Assembly (NCBI GenBank): GCA_038215615.1
Contig: JBBQQR010000025.1
Coordinates: forward strand, 1 to 27,940
Direction of reading: 5' to 3'
DNA: 27,940 nt
Source: Vulcanimicrobiales bacterium
GTDB lineage: Bacteria > Vulcanimicrobiota > Vulcanimicrobiia > Vulcanimicrobiales > Vulcanimicrobiaceae
This document shows positions 1-7,364 of the stretch, piece after piece. Positions within the stretch are counted from its first letter, which is position 1; every line of letters begins with the position of its first letter. The notes under the pieces were generated by a model. It made no database searches. It had not been told where the DNA came from and was given only the letters and a program-made list of their open reading frames with translations. The position numbers and the translations under genes were made by a program.

Positions 1-32
1 ATGCGCCGCTGGCGCTCGGTTGCTCCCTCCAT
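1..32 (-). CDS. lexA: LexA SOS repressor, 5' end only (runs off the window edge)
   Basis: The minus-strand ATG at 32 reads MEGATERQRRI, resembling the LexA N-terminal (L)TxRQxxIL helix. A G-rich RBS lies at ~39-46. The gene is divergent from a LysM gene with SOS boxes between, which is the classic lexA-yneA layout. Only about 10 codons are visible. Confidence 0.75.
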   Translation of the reverse strand, partial: MEGATERQRR

Positions 33-90
33 GCTAAAGCCCCCTGACCCACAGCAAAATGCCACACATATGGCACTTGGGCCGGTTACA

Positions 91-119
91 AACGTACCAT
101 AAATCCGATTTCAAGGCAA
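91..119 (-). promoter_or_regulatory. Putative sigma70-type promoter of lexA
   Basis: Minus strand TTGCCT (119-114), 17 nt, then TACGTT (96-91) preceded by TGn. The -35 overlaps the SOS box at 117-130, as expected for autorepression. Confidence 0.5.
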
Positions 120-130
120 ACATATGTTCG
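117..130. promoter_or_regulatory. LexA (SOS/Cheo) box 1
   Basis: CAAAC-ATAT-GTTCG, one mismatch to CGAAC-N4-GTTCG. Confidence 0.75.
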
Positions 131-137
131 AAGGCCA

Positions 138-168
138 TTGACACCCAAGCGAGCGGGTGTGATAAAAT
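138..168 (+). promoter_or_regulatory. Putative sigma70 promoter for the LysM gene
   Basis: TTGACA (138-143) and an extended -10 TGaTAAAAT (160-168). The 19-nt spacer is long. Confidence 0.45.
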
Positions 169-176
169 CTAGGGGA

Positions 177-190
177 CGAACAGGCGTTTG
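177..190. promoter_or_regulatory. LexA (SOS/Cheo) box 2
   Basis: CGAAC-AGGC-GTTTG, one mismatch to consensus. Confidence 0.75.
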
Positions 191-216
191 CCACAAAATA
201 TGGGTATACTAGTTCA

Positions 217-230
217 CGAACGCCCGTTCG
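217..230. promoter_or_regulatory. LexA (SOS/Cheo) box 3
   Basis: CGAAC-GCCC-GTTCG, a perfect match, 28 nt upstream of the LysM gene start. Confidence 0.85.
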
Positions 231-258
231 GCACAACATAGAGAGCGAGGAGAGGACC

Positions 259-540
259 ATGATCAAGCGCAGACGTTTCACCCTCATGCCGGCCATCATG
301 CTGGCGGTGCTGAGTCTCATGGTGACCGTTCCGGCTCTCTCCAGCATGCATCTTTACGCCGCAGGCGCTCAACGCTACGCGACCGTCGTGGTCCAGCCGG
401 GCGACACGCTTTGGGCCATCGCCGCGACGCATACCACTCGCAGCGCCGACGTCCAAGACACGATCGACCGCATCGCCGAAGTGAACCACATCGGCAGCGC
501 GCCGATCATCCCGGGCCAACGGCTCCGCGTCCCGCTGTAA
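259..540 (+). CDS. Membrane-anchored LysM protein, YneA/ChiZ-like SOS cell-division inhibitor (93 aa)
   Basis: Basic N-terminus, one hydrophobic segment, then a LysM domain (VVVQPGDTLWAIA...N...IIPGQRLRVP). It has a GAGGAG RBS and is divergent from lexA. Confidence 0.85.
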   Translation: MIKRRRFTLMPAIMLAVLSLMVTVPALSSMHLYAAGAQRYATVVVQPGDTLWAIAATHTTRSADVQDTIDRIAEVNHIGSAPIIPGQRLRVPL

Positions 541-546
541 CGGCTA

Positions 547-582
547 TCACCCTTGTCGTTCTTGTCACCCTTGTCGTTCTTG
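547..582 (+). repeat. Tandem repeat, 2 x 18 bp (9-bp sub-period)
   Basis: TCACCCTTGTCGTTCTTG at 547-564 and 565-582, running into TCATCCTGAG. Confidence 0.9.
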
Positions 583-639
583 TCATCCTGAGTTTATCGA
601 AGGACCCCGAGTAGCGCGCGAAGCGCGCATATCGAAGGG
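581..639. repeat. REP-like extragenic palindromic element (two units)
   Basis: TGTCATCCTGAG-tttaTCGAAGGA (581-604) followed by CCCGAGTA-GCGCGC-GAA-GCGCGC-ATATCGAAGGG (606-639). Both units share a GAG...TCGAAGG frame resembling widespread GTCATCCTGAG..TCGAAGGA repeats. Confidence 0.55.
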
Positions 640-648
640 CGAACATTT

Positions 649-678
649 AAAGGCCGAGGGAGCGGTCTTTTTTGTTTT
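649..678 (+). terminator. Putative intrinsic terminator after the LysM gene
   Basis: Stem AAAGGCCG/CGGTCTTT (one G-U pair) with a 6-nt loop, followed by TTTGTTTT. Confidence 0.55.
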
Positions 679-719
679 ACCGGCCCCTGTCGCCAGCCTG
701 ATCCGTCGTGATTGGGAGA

Positions 720-749
720 TTGACGGCGGCCGCCCGGCGGTTATACCAT
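720..749 (+). promoter_or_regulatory. Putative promoter of the TA operon
   Basis: TTGACG (720-725), 18 nt, TACCAT (744-749), ending 9 nt before the ATG at 759. No SD sequence is present. Confidence 0.45.
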
Positions 750-758
750 TGTTCTGCC

Positions 759-1007
759 ATGAGAGCAGCAATTCACCGGATCGGCAATTCGCGCGGCGTT
801 ATTCTTCCCAAAGCATTACTTGCGCAGTTGGGACTGACGAATGAGGTGGAAATGGAAATCGAGCAAGGCGCAATCGTGCTGCGAAAGCCGCTTCGCAACG
901 TGCGCGAAGGCTGGGCAGTCGCGAGCAAAGCTATCGCGGCGGCGGGCGAGGACGCTTTGGTTTGGCCTGAATTCGCCAATGAAGCCGATTCCGAAGTCGA
1001 GTGGTAG
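759..1007 (+). CDS. mazE: AbrB/MazE/SpoVT-family antitoxin (82 aa)
   Basis: IHRIGNSRGVILPKALL...EIEQGAIVLRK swapped-hairpin signature and an acidic tail ending EVEW. It overlaps the toxin start. Start revised from 708 to ATG 759. Confidence 0.9.
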   Translation: MRAAIHRIGNSRGVILPKALLAQLGLTNEVEMEIEQGAIVLRKPLRNVREGWAVASKAIAAAGEDALVWPEFANEADSEVEW

Positions 1008-1321
1008 CGCGGGGCGACATCTGGCTGGCAACTCTCGATCCGACGGTCGGGAGCGAGTTGCGAAAGACGCGGCCGTGCGTCGTGATTTCCCCGGACGAAA
1101 TGCACGATTATATGAGAACCGTTATCGTCGCACCTATGACCAGCGCGGGCAAACATACGCCATATCGAATTCCGATCGTGTTTGAAAGCCGCCGAGGCCT
1201 CGTTCTGTTGGATCAGATCCAGGCGCTGGACAAATCGCGGCTCGTTAAGCGCCTCGGCCGAGCAAACTCGAAAACGCTTGAGGCGACCCTGGCTTCTTTG
1301 CAAGAACTCTTCGCCAAATAA
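1001..1321 (+). CDS. mazF: PemK/MazF-family endoribonuclease toxin (106 aa)
   Basis: RGDIWLATLDPTVGSELRKTRPCVVISPD...VIVAPMTS...LDQIQALDKSRL motifs. Confidence 0.95.
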   Translation: MVARGDIWLATLDPTVGSELRKTRPCVVISPDEMHDYMRTVIVAPMTSAGKHTPYRIPIVFESRRGLVLLDQIQALDKSRLVKRLGRANSKTLEATLASLQELFAK

Positions 1322-1384
1322 CTCGACGCCATGTCCTCGTGCGCCTTGCCGCCAAAGCATTAGCGCGTGATATGCTTATGTGGC

Positions 1385-1921
1385 ATGCATTCGATCATCG
1401 ATCCTCAGACGAAGCCTGCAAGCGAGTGGATCGCCGGCCGCGTGGTTCAAAAGGTGAGCCCGACGGCCAGGCACGCGAATGCGCAAGGGCGTCTCGTTGC
1501 CGCATTCATGGCATGGGCCGATGCGACCGGAATCGGCCGGGTCGGCACGGAGTGGGAGTTTCGAATCGCACCGCCCGGCGAAGTCGTTCGCAGCCTCGTG
1601 CCCGATGTCGCATTTCTCTCCTACGATAGGCTCGGCTTTGACCAGGACGAAGCCGCGCAGATGCCGGCGATCGCACCGAACGTCGCGGTCGAGGTTTTGT
1701 CGCCGCACGATCGACGGCGCAACGTCGATGAAAAAATACGCGTGTACCAAGCATGTGGAACGGGACTTGTAGCGGTCGCGGATCCCGAACGCCGGAACGT
1801 CACGTTACACGATGCGACCGGCGTCGTCGTCTTGAACGCCGGAGATATTCTGCGCCACTCTGAGATGCCGCAATTTGCGATGCCCGTCGTAGCCATTTTT
1901 GCGAAATCGGGAGAGCGCTAA
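1385..1921 (+). CDS. Uma2-family (DUF820) PD-(D/E)xK endonuclease-like protein (~178 aa)
   Basis: EWIAGRVVQKVSP...H, PDVAF, AVEVLSPHD and EKIRVY motifs. Start taken at ATG 1385. Confidence 0.9.
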   Translation: MHSIIDPQTKPASEWIAGRVVQKVSPTARHANAQGRLVAAFMAWADATGIGRVGTEWEFRIAPPGEVVRSLVPDVAFLSYDRLGFDQDEAAQMPAIAPNVAVEVLSPHDRRRNVDEKIRVYQACGTGLVAVADPERRNVTLHDATGVVVLNAGDILRHSEMPQFAMPVVAIFAKSGER

Positions 1922-2127
1922 CTCTTGGTTACCACCAGCACGCTGTGATCGCGGTGCTCTTCCAAAAACGCCAAGCCGTCGGCCATCCAAATATCGAGTC
2001 CGCCTTGCGAGTGTCTGGTGACTTCGCGCACCACGTGAATGCGATCTTTGAGCCACGCTAATTCCGAGCGCGGCGCCGCCGGCCAAATCGAAACCTCGCA
2101 GTCCTCACAAAAATAACCGGCGGTCAT
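1918..2127 (-). CDS. Small hypothetical protein with CxxC and HxxH, possible Zn binder (69 aa)
   Basis: ATG start. The ORF exactly fills the gap between the terminator and the Uma2 stop. It contains YFCEDC near the N-terminus and EEHRDH near the C-terminus. Confidence 0.65.
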   Translation of the reverse strand: MTAGYFCEDCEVSIWPAAPRSELAWLKDRIHVVREVTRHSQGGLDIWMADGLAFLEEHRDHSVLVVTKS

Positions 2128-2144
2128 GACGCGTAGCGTTCGAT

Positions 2145-2180
2145 AAAAAGAAAGCGCCCCTGCTTTCGCAGGGGCGCTTT
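2145..2180 (-). terminator. Rho-independent terminator of the TonB-dependent receptor gene
   Basis: Perfect 13-bp stem AAAGCGCCCCTGC/GCAGGGGCGCTTT with a GAAA loop (minus strand), followed by CTTTTT, 23 nt after the stop codon. Confidence 0.9.
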
Positions 2181-2203
2181 GCCTTTACTAACCGAGCTTC
2201 GAA

Positions 2204-5200
2204 CTAGAGCTTGATCTGAACTTCCAAGTACGCTTGGAAGGGCAGCGCGCCCGAGTACGGAGCGAAGGGATAGTTGAACGCGGCCGGATAGGTCGGGCTG
2301 CCGTTGGGAGCCGATCCCGGAGTGTCTCCATAGAAGAAGCCACCGCCGAAGCCGGGCTGTCCGCTGACAGGTCCTACGTAACTGCCATTGCCTTGGCCGT
2401 AGCCGCACACGATGCTCCCCGGCTTGAATGCCGTGGACCACGGTGTGGACGAACCGCCCCAGCAATAGTTCAGGATGTTGGTGAGTGTCAGATTCGCCGT
2501 CACCTTCGGTGAAACGTCGTATCTGATCAGCGCGCCAACGTTGACCTGCCACGGTTGCTGGTACTGACCTATTTGGTCGAATTTCCCGCTGAACGGATTC
2601 GGTATCGCGAGATAGCCGCTATCCGTCGAGAAGGTGTTTCCGGCCGTAATGAAGTCGCAGTACTGAGCGTCGGCCGCCGGGACCACGATGGGTGCACCGT
2701 TGCCGTTCGTCGCAGCTGCCTGGTTATTGCCGCACACGCGCGGATCGATACCGTACGTGTCAGTCGGCGACCCATAGTATGCGCCCGAGATCATCGTGAC
2801 GTTCGGAGCGATCGCAAGCCGCCCGCGCTTGAACTGAACCCACGCATTGAGCTCATGCGGCCAGATGGCACTGCTGCCGCCCTGGTCATACGGAGCGTTC
2901 GGAGCTTCGTTCGGGTAGGGCTGATACCAACCCACTCGATCGAGCAGCGGCTGCGGGGATTGGCTGTAGTACGGGTTCTTGACGATGAAGCTGGCATTGG
3001 TCTGCGTTGCCGTCACTGCGCACGTCGGATTAGCTGCGCCTTGATAGTAGCATTGCGAACCGCCACCTGCGGACGTCAAGGCGTTCCATGCCGTGATGTA
3101 ATTGTTCAGGTAGTCAATCGTATTCGTTCCGCTCGGCAGGTTGCCATATTGAACCAATGCCTTCGTATACGTGTACGAGAGAGCTCCCGACAAACCGTCG
3201 CGAGACGGATCACCTTTTTGGATCTGCATTTCAACGCCGTAGCTGTGCTGATGCCCGGTGTTCGTGCCCGAGACGAATCCCGGAGCGAGGACCACGGTCT
3301 CGATCTGGTTGTGCGTATCGCGATAGAAGGGTGAGATCTTGAACGTGACATCGCTGTTGTGGAACCGGTGTTCCCACGAGAAGTCGTAGTTGTTCGAGTA
3401 TTGGACCGGGTTGTTGTGTGCAGGCGTCGTAAAACCTAGACCCCAGAATCGGCTGAAGTCGAAGTCTGCGGAACGCTTGCCCGATTGGTCCCCATACTGC
3501 TCGAACGCAGTCTCCGTAGGCTGCGTGTACTTGCCGAGCGAGAAACGCAGCACGTCATCCGGAGAGAGCGTGTACGTTCCGCCGACGCGCGGCGAGAACA
3601 TTTGGCGCGTGAACTGCGACGGACTCTGCGACGTGTAGCGCAGCGGGCCGCAGTCGACGACCGTCGTGCCGTTGCACGTCACCGAGTTGCCGACCGGGTG
3701 CAGCCCCTCTTGTCCGGACGGCGCTATGCCGCACGCGGTCATCGGTTGGCTGGTCACTCGGAGTGCCGGCGGGACCGGTTGTCCCGGCGTCAGCGGCGTA
3801 ACCTGCGGGAGTCCGGTTCCCGGATCATAGCACGCCACTTTGGCGTACGAATTGAACCAGAAGTTGAACTCCGGCGTGTTCAGATTCGCCAGATTGTACT
3901 GGTAAGACTCGAGGCGAACGCCGAGATTCAAATCGAGCTTGTCGTTCGGCTTGAACTCGTCTTCGAGCGCAAGTGACGTGAAGACCGGGCGAACGATGTT
4001 GAACGTTCCCTGTCCCCCCGGCGTCGTGACTAACCAGTTCGACGAGCCTGCCCGGAAGCTCACGCATCCCGGCGATGCAAAGCCCGTCACGTTGGTCGGG
4101 TCGTTGCAAACGGTTGAGAGAGCTACCGGCGTCGGGCCCGCCCATCCACTCGTCGATGGGAAAGGCATGGTGCCGTAGGCGCTGGAGCTGTCGCAGTTCC
4201 AAGGCTGGCCGAACGTTGTGCTCGTAACGGCGCTGCCCGTGTACTTGTAGCAGATCGGGTTGTTCGGATCGCCGTTTGTCCAGTCGGTAGCGCCCGTACG
4301 CGAGCCGGAGTATCCGGACCGGAAGGTGCCGTTGTTGAAGCGCGTCACGCCCGCGGTCGTGTAGTTGGCCGTGAAACGCAGCAGGTTCTGCTGGTTGATT
4401 TGGTCGGCAAACTGGAACTCCGCACCGCGCGTATGCGTGGTGAGTTCGTAGTCAGCTGTGCCGGCACCACCATACGCACCGGTGATCAATCCGTCGAGGT
4501 AGGCCGTGCCTGCCGCAACCGGACCACTGATGAGCCAGTCGGAGTAGAACGTGTATCCGAAGAGACGCGCATAGGCATTGCTGCCGATGTTCTTCGTGTA
4601 CTGCGCTTTAACGATACCGACGTCGTTCCAGTAACCATCCCGTAGAGCTTGCGGCTGCCCACTGCCCTTGCTACCGTTGGCTTGGCACGCATTAGGCGCC
4701 GAGGTCGTGGGAGCGGAGAGTGCATTACCAAACGAACAGGGCGCGTTCAGCGACCGGTTCGTCGGCGAGTTCGGGAAATAGTAGGGAAGCGCTACCGCGG
4801 TGCTCGCGGGTTGAGCGAAGGTCGTGCCCGGAGCCCAGATGAGCGTGTCGATGTATGGTAGCGGCGCGCCGCCTTGCGCGCAGCCGATACGTCCGAAAGC
4901 AGCTCCCCAGAAGTTCTCGTACCCGCAGAGTCCCGGGAACGGGCTGCTGCCAGAGCTGAATTGGGCATACGGCGTCAGCAATGCGCTGATGTTCGCGAAA
5001 CCACCCGCGTCGACCGCGGAGTCGCCGTTGAGTTGGTATTGCATCGAGTTGTCGTACAACAGCTGCAAGTCGTCGCGGCCGCTGTCGAATTTGTGCGGGA
5101 TCGCGAAGTGCAAGTTGATGACGTTGTCGCGTTCGAATATGTCGGAAAGTCCGCCGGCGTTGAACGGATAATATCCGAAACAAGCGCCATTAAACTGTCC

Positions 5201-6328
5201 GGGACTGGCGGCGGTGTAGCCAACCGGAATACCGGCGTTGGCTCCCGTCGCTTGGCAAGGTCCGAACGGTCCGTTCGAAAAGGCCTCTGCAGCCCGTCCG
5301 CTGTCGGCGCATCCGATGTTGATGTCGCAGTCCACCGCGCCCAGCCAGTTAGCGGATTGGGCCGAGCCCTGAATGCCGTACTGGTTGAGACCGTTGGAGT
5401 TGATGTTGCTCAGGTTGGACCAGCTGCCCGCGGGGAAATGCTGGTTGTACCCTTGCACGCCGACGTAATACGAGAACGTCCGGTTCGGATTGGATCCGCC
5501 GGCTTCAGCCGTCAGGGCGTGATAGAAACCCGGTGCGCCGATGCCGCCCTTGAGCGTTCCGAAGCCCGGATAGGTTCCCGTCTTGATGACTTGGTTAATG
5601 AAACCGCCGAGCGTTGCCGACGACGCGCCTGAAGGCGATCCGCCGGTGTAGACTTGCAGTTCCTGTTGGCCGAGGCTCGCAAGCGAGTTGGCCTGATAGT
5701 TGTCAAACGCGCGGTTGACCGGAACGCCGTCGAACTCGTAGCCGATTTGGCTATACGCGCTTCCGCGGATGTAGAACACTTGTCCCCAACCTGCGTTGCC
5801 GATGTACGACGTAACGCCAGGTTGTGAATAAATGCCCGAGTAGGCTTGGTTCAGGTTGAAACCGCCGCTCGAGCCCGAAACGACTTGCTGCGTCGCGGCA
5901 TTGACCGAATAAATATCCGCGGTCGTGCCGGGCTTGACCAGATTACCGGCTGCCCGTGCCGTGACGTTTGCAATGGTTCGAAGCGAAGATTGGATGCCGA
6001 GCGTCAGAGTGTGCTGTTGGTCAGCAAACACGGTGACTCCCGATTGAGACGCGCTGTTGTACCCGGTCTTCGTTGCCGAAACCGTGTACGTGTCAGGCGC
6101 CAGCGTTAGGAAATTGAAACTTCCGGTATTGTTCGTTGTAGCTGTGGCTCCGCCAGACGGCGAGCTGACCGTAACCGTTGCATCCGCAACCGGTCTGTTC
6201 GTCGTAGCGTCGACAACCGTACCGCTGATGCCACCCGTGGTGCCCGCCAGTGCCCATGTTCCCTGGGCAAGCATTGACACGAGTAACAGAACGGCCACGA
6301 ACGCATGCCGGATTCGGAATTTTGGCAT
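2204..6328 (-). CDS. TonB-dependent receptor-like (Oar-like) outer-membrane protein with an N-terminal carboxypeptidase-regulatory-like domain (1374 aa)
   Basis: Signal peptide; CarboxypepD_reg-like domain (ISGTVVDATT.RPVADATVTV...TNNTGSF...PDTYTVSATKTGY); plug motif (FYIRG...YEFDGVPVN); barrel strands (LDLNLGVRLE, FSPRVGGTY); terminal strand AYLEVQIKL. A strong AGGAGGA RBS precedes ATG 6328. Confidence 0.88.
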   Translation of the reverse strand: MPKFRIRHAFVAVLLLVSMLAQGTWALAGTTGGISGTVVDATTNRPVADATVTVSSPSGGATATTNNTGSFNFLTLAPDTYTVSATKTGYNSASQSGVTVFADQQHTLTLGIQSSLRTIANVTARAAGNLVKPGTTADIYSVNAATQQVVSGSSGGFNLNQAYSGIYSQPGVTSYIGNAGWGQVFYIRGSAYSQIGYEFDGVPVNRAFDNYQANSLASLGQQELQVYTGGSPSGASSATLGGFINQVIKTGTYPGFGTLKGGIGAPGFYHALTAEAGGSNPNRTFSYYVGVQGYNQHFPAGSWSNLSNINSNGLNQYGIQGSAQSANWLGAVDCDINIGCADSGRAAEAFSNGPFGPCQATGANAGIPVGYTAASPGQFNGACFGYYPFNAGGLSDIFERDNVINLHFAIPHKFDSGRDDLQLLYDNSMQYQLNGDSAVDAGGFANISALLTPYAQFSSGSSPFPGLCGYENFWGAAFGRIGCAQGGAPLPYIDTLIWAPGTTFAQPASTAVALPYYFPNSPTNRSLNAPCSFGNALSAPTTSAPNACQANGSKGSGQPQALRDGYWNDVGIVKAQYTKNIGSNAYARLFGYTFYSDWLISGPVAAGTAYLDGLITGAYGGAGTADYELTTHTRGAEFQFADQINQQNLLRFTANYTTAGVTRFNNGTFRSGYSGSRTGATDWTNGDPNNPICYKYTGSAVTSTTFGQPWNCDSSSAYGTMPFPSTSGWAGPTPVALSTVCNDPTNVTGFASPGCVSFRAGSSNWLVTTPGGQGTFNIVRPVFTSLALEDEFKPNDKLDLNLGVRLESYQYNLANLNTPEFNFWFNSYAKVACYDPGTGLPQVTPLTPGQPVPPALRVTSQPMTACGIAPSGQEGLHPVGNSVTCNGTTVVDCGPLRYTSQSPSQFTRQMFSPRVGGTYTLSPDDVLRFSLGKYTQPTETAFEQYGDQSGKRSADFDFSRFWGLGFTTPAHNNPVQYSNNYDFSWEHRFHNSDVTFKISPFYRDTHNQIETVVLAPGFVSGTNTGHQHSYGVEMQIQKGDPSRDGLSGALSYTYTKALVQYGNLPSGTNTIDYLNNYITAWNALTSAGGGSQCYYQGAANPTCAVTATQTNASFIVKNPYYSQSPQPLLDRVGWYQPYPNEAPNAPYDQGGSSAIWPHELNAWVQFKRGRLAIAPNVTMISGAYYGSPTDTYGIDPRVCGNNQAAATNGNGAPIVVPAADAQYCDFITAGNTFSTDSGYLAIPNPFSGKFDQIGQYQQPWQVNVGALIRYDVSPKVTANLTLTNILNYCWGGSSTPWSTAFKPGSIVCGYGQGNGSYVGPVSGQPGFGGGFFYGDTPGSAPNGSPTYPAAFNYPFAPYSGALPFQAYLEVQIKL

Positions 6329-6408
6329 GGTTCCTCCTATGGTGTAGAGGCCTGTTATTGTCGTCTGGGCATAGATACTTAAGTCGCAGCCCATGCGACT
6401 TGATTGGT

Positions 6409-6433
6409 GTTCTTTTCACAGAGTCTTAATCCT
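6409..6433 (-). promoter_or_regulatory. Putative sigmaH-like promoter (AGGA-N17-GAAC) of the receptor gene
   Basis: Minus strand AGG-attaagactctgtgaaaa-GAAC. An 8-bp hairpin (6381-6401) starts just downstream, and the same motif recurs upstream of other genes in the window. Confidence 0.45.
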
Positions 6434-6485
6434 CTGAGAACCCTCTGAGGAGGGACCGCCAGGAGGCAGGCCCTTAAGCAGGCCC

Positions 6486-7364
6486 TTAAACGGTAACGGG
6501 CACCCGCTGGGCCAGCAGGCCGGGGATGGCGGATGGCCGATCGGCTACCGGGACACCGGCCGCCTCAAAAGCGGCGATTTTGCTCTGGGCGGTCCCGAAG
6601 GCACCCGAAATAATGGCCCCCGCGTGGCCCAGCGACTTGCCGGGCGGGGCATTTCGGCCCCCGATGAAGGCCACGATGGGGATTTCGGCCATGTGTTCTC
6701 GGATGAAGGCCGCGGCGTCTTCCTCGTCCGACCCTCCGATCTCGCCGCAGAGCACGAGCGCCTGGGTCTGAGGATCGTTGGCAAATTCACGCAGGCAGTC
6801 CACGAAGGTCGTTCCGATGATGGGGTCGCCGCCGATGCCGACGCAGGTCGACTGACCGTAGCCCGCGCGCGTCAGCAGATCGACCACTTCGTAGGTCAGC
6901 GTCCCCGATCGCGAGGCGAGGCCGACGTTGCCTTCCTTAAATATGTGGCCGGGCATGATGCCGATCAGCGACTTCCCGGGGGAGATGAGCCCGGGGCAAT
7001 TCGGACCGATGATGCGCATGCCGGGCGTCGTCGCAACGACGCGCAGCACGTCGTGCACCGGAATGCCCTCGGTAATGCAGACCGCAAACGTAATGCCGGC
7101 GTCGTGCGCTTCGAAAAGTGCGTCGGCCGCGAACGGCGGCGGGACGAAAATGCAGGTGTGCGTCGCGCCGGTTGCGTCGACCGCGTCGCGCACCGTGTTG
7201 AAAACAGGCAGACCGTGTTCGGTTTTTTGTCCGCCTTTGCCCGGAGTGACGCCGCCCACAATGCTCGTGCCGTATTCCAGCATGCGCGACGCGTGATAGG
7301 AACCTTCGCTGCCCGTAATTCCTTGCACGATCACTTTCGTGTTCTTGTCCAAGAAAATGCTCAT
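6486..7364 (-). CDS. sucD: Succinyl-CoA synthetase alpha subunit
   Basis: [40 protein letters not shown] and the phospho-His motif GHAGA. Confidence 0.98.
   Translation of the reverse strand: MSIFLDKNTKVIVQGITGSEGSYHASRMLEYGTSIVGGVTPGKGGQKTEHGLPVFNTVRDAVDATGATHTCIFVPPPFAADALFEAHDAGITFAVCITEGIPVHDVLRVVATTPGMRIIGPNCPGLISPGKSLIGIMPGHIFKEGNVGLASRSGTLTYEVVDLLTRAGYGQSTCVGIGGDPIIGTTFVDCLREFANDPQTQALVLCGEIGGSDEEDAAAFIREHMAEIPIVAFIGGRNAPPGKSLGHAGAIISGAFGTAQSKIAAFEAAGVPVADRPSAIPGLLAQRVPVTV

Noticed and set aside
188..210. TTGCCA...TATACT as a second sigma70 promoter
   Set aside because: The spacer is only 11 nt. TATACT may still be a -10 element, but the pair cannot be supported.
411..614. ORF ending in ITLVVLVTLVVLVILSLSKD (looks like a TM peptide)
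   Set aside because: It is a translation of the tandem repeat and REP-like element, overlaps the LysM gene out of frame, and has no RBS.
547..640. Possible mini-CRISPR array
   Set aside because: The repeats are directly adjacent with no unique spacers, there are only two copies, and no cas genes are in the window.
6329..6394. N-terminal extension of the receptor ORF in the supplied track
   Set aside because: A strong AGGAGGA RBS and a signal peptide start at ATG 6328. The upstream part is leader sequence containing a hairpin.
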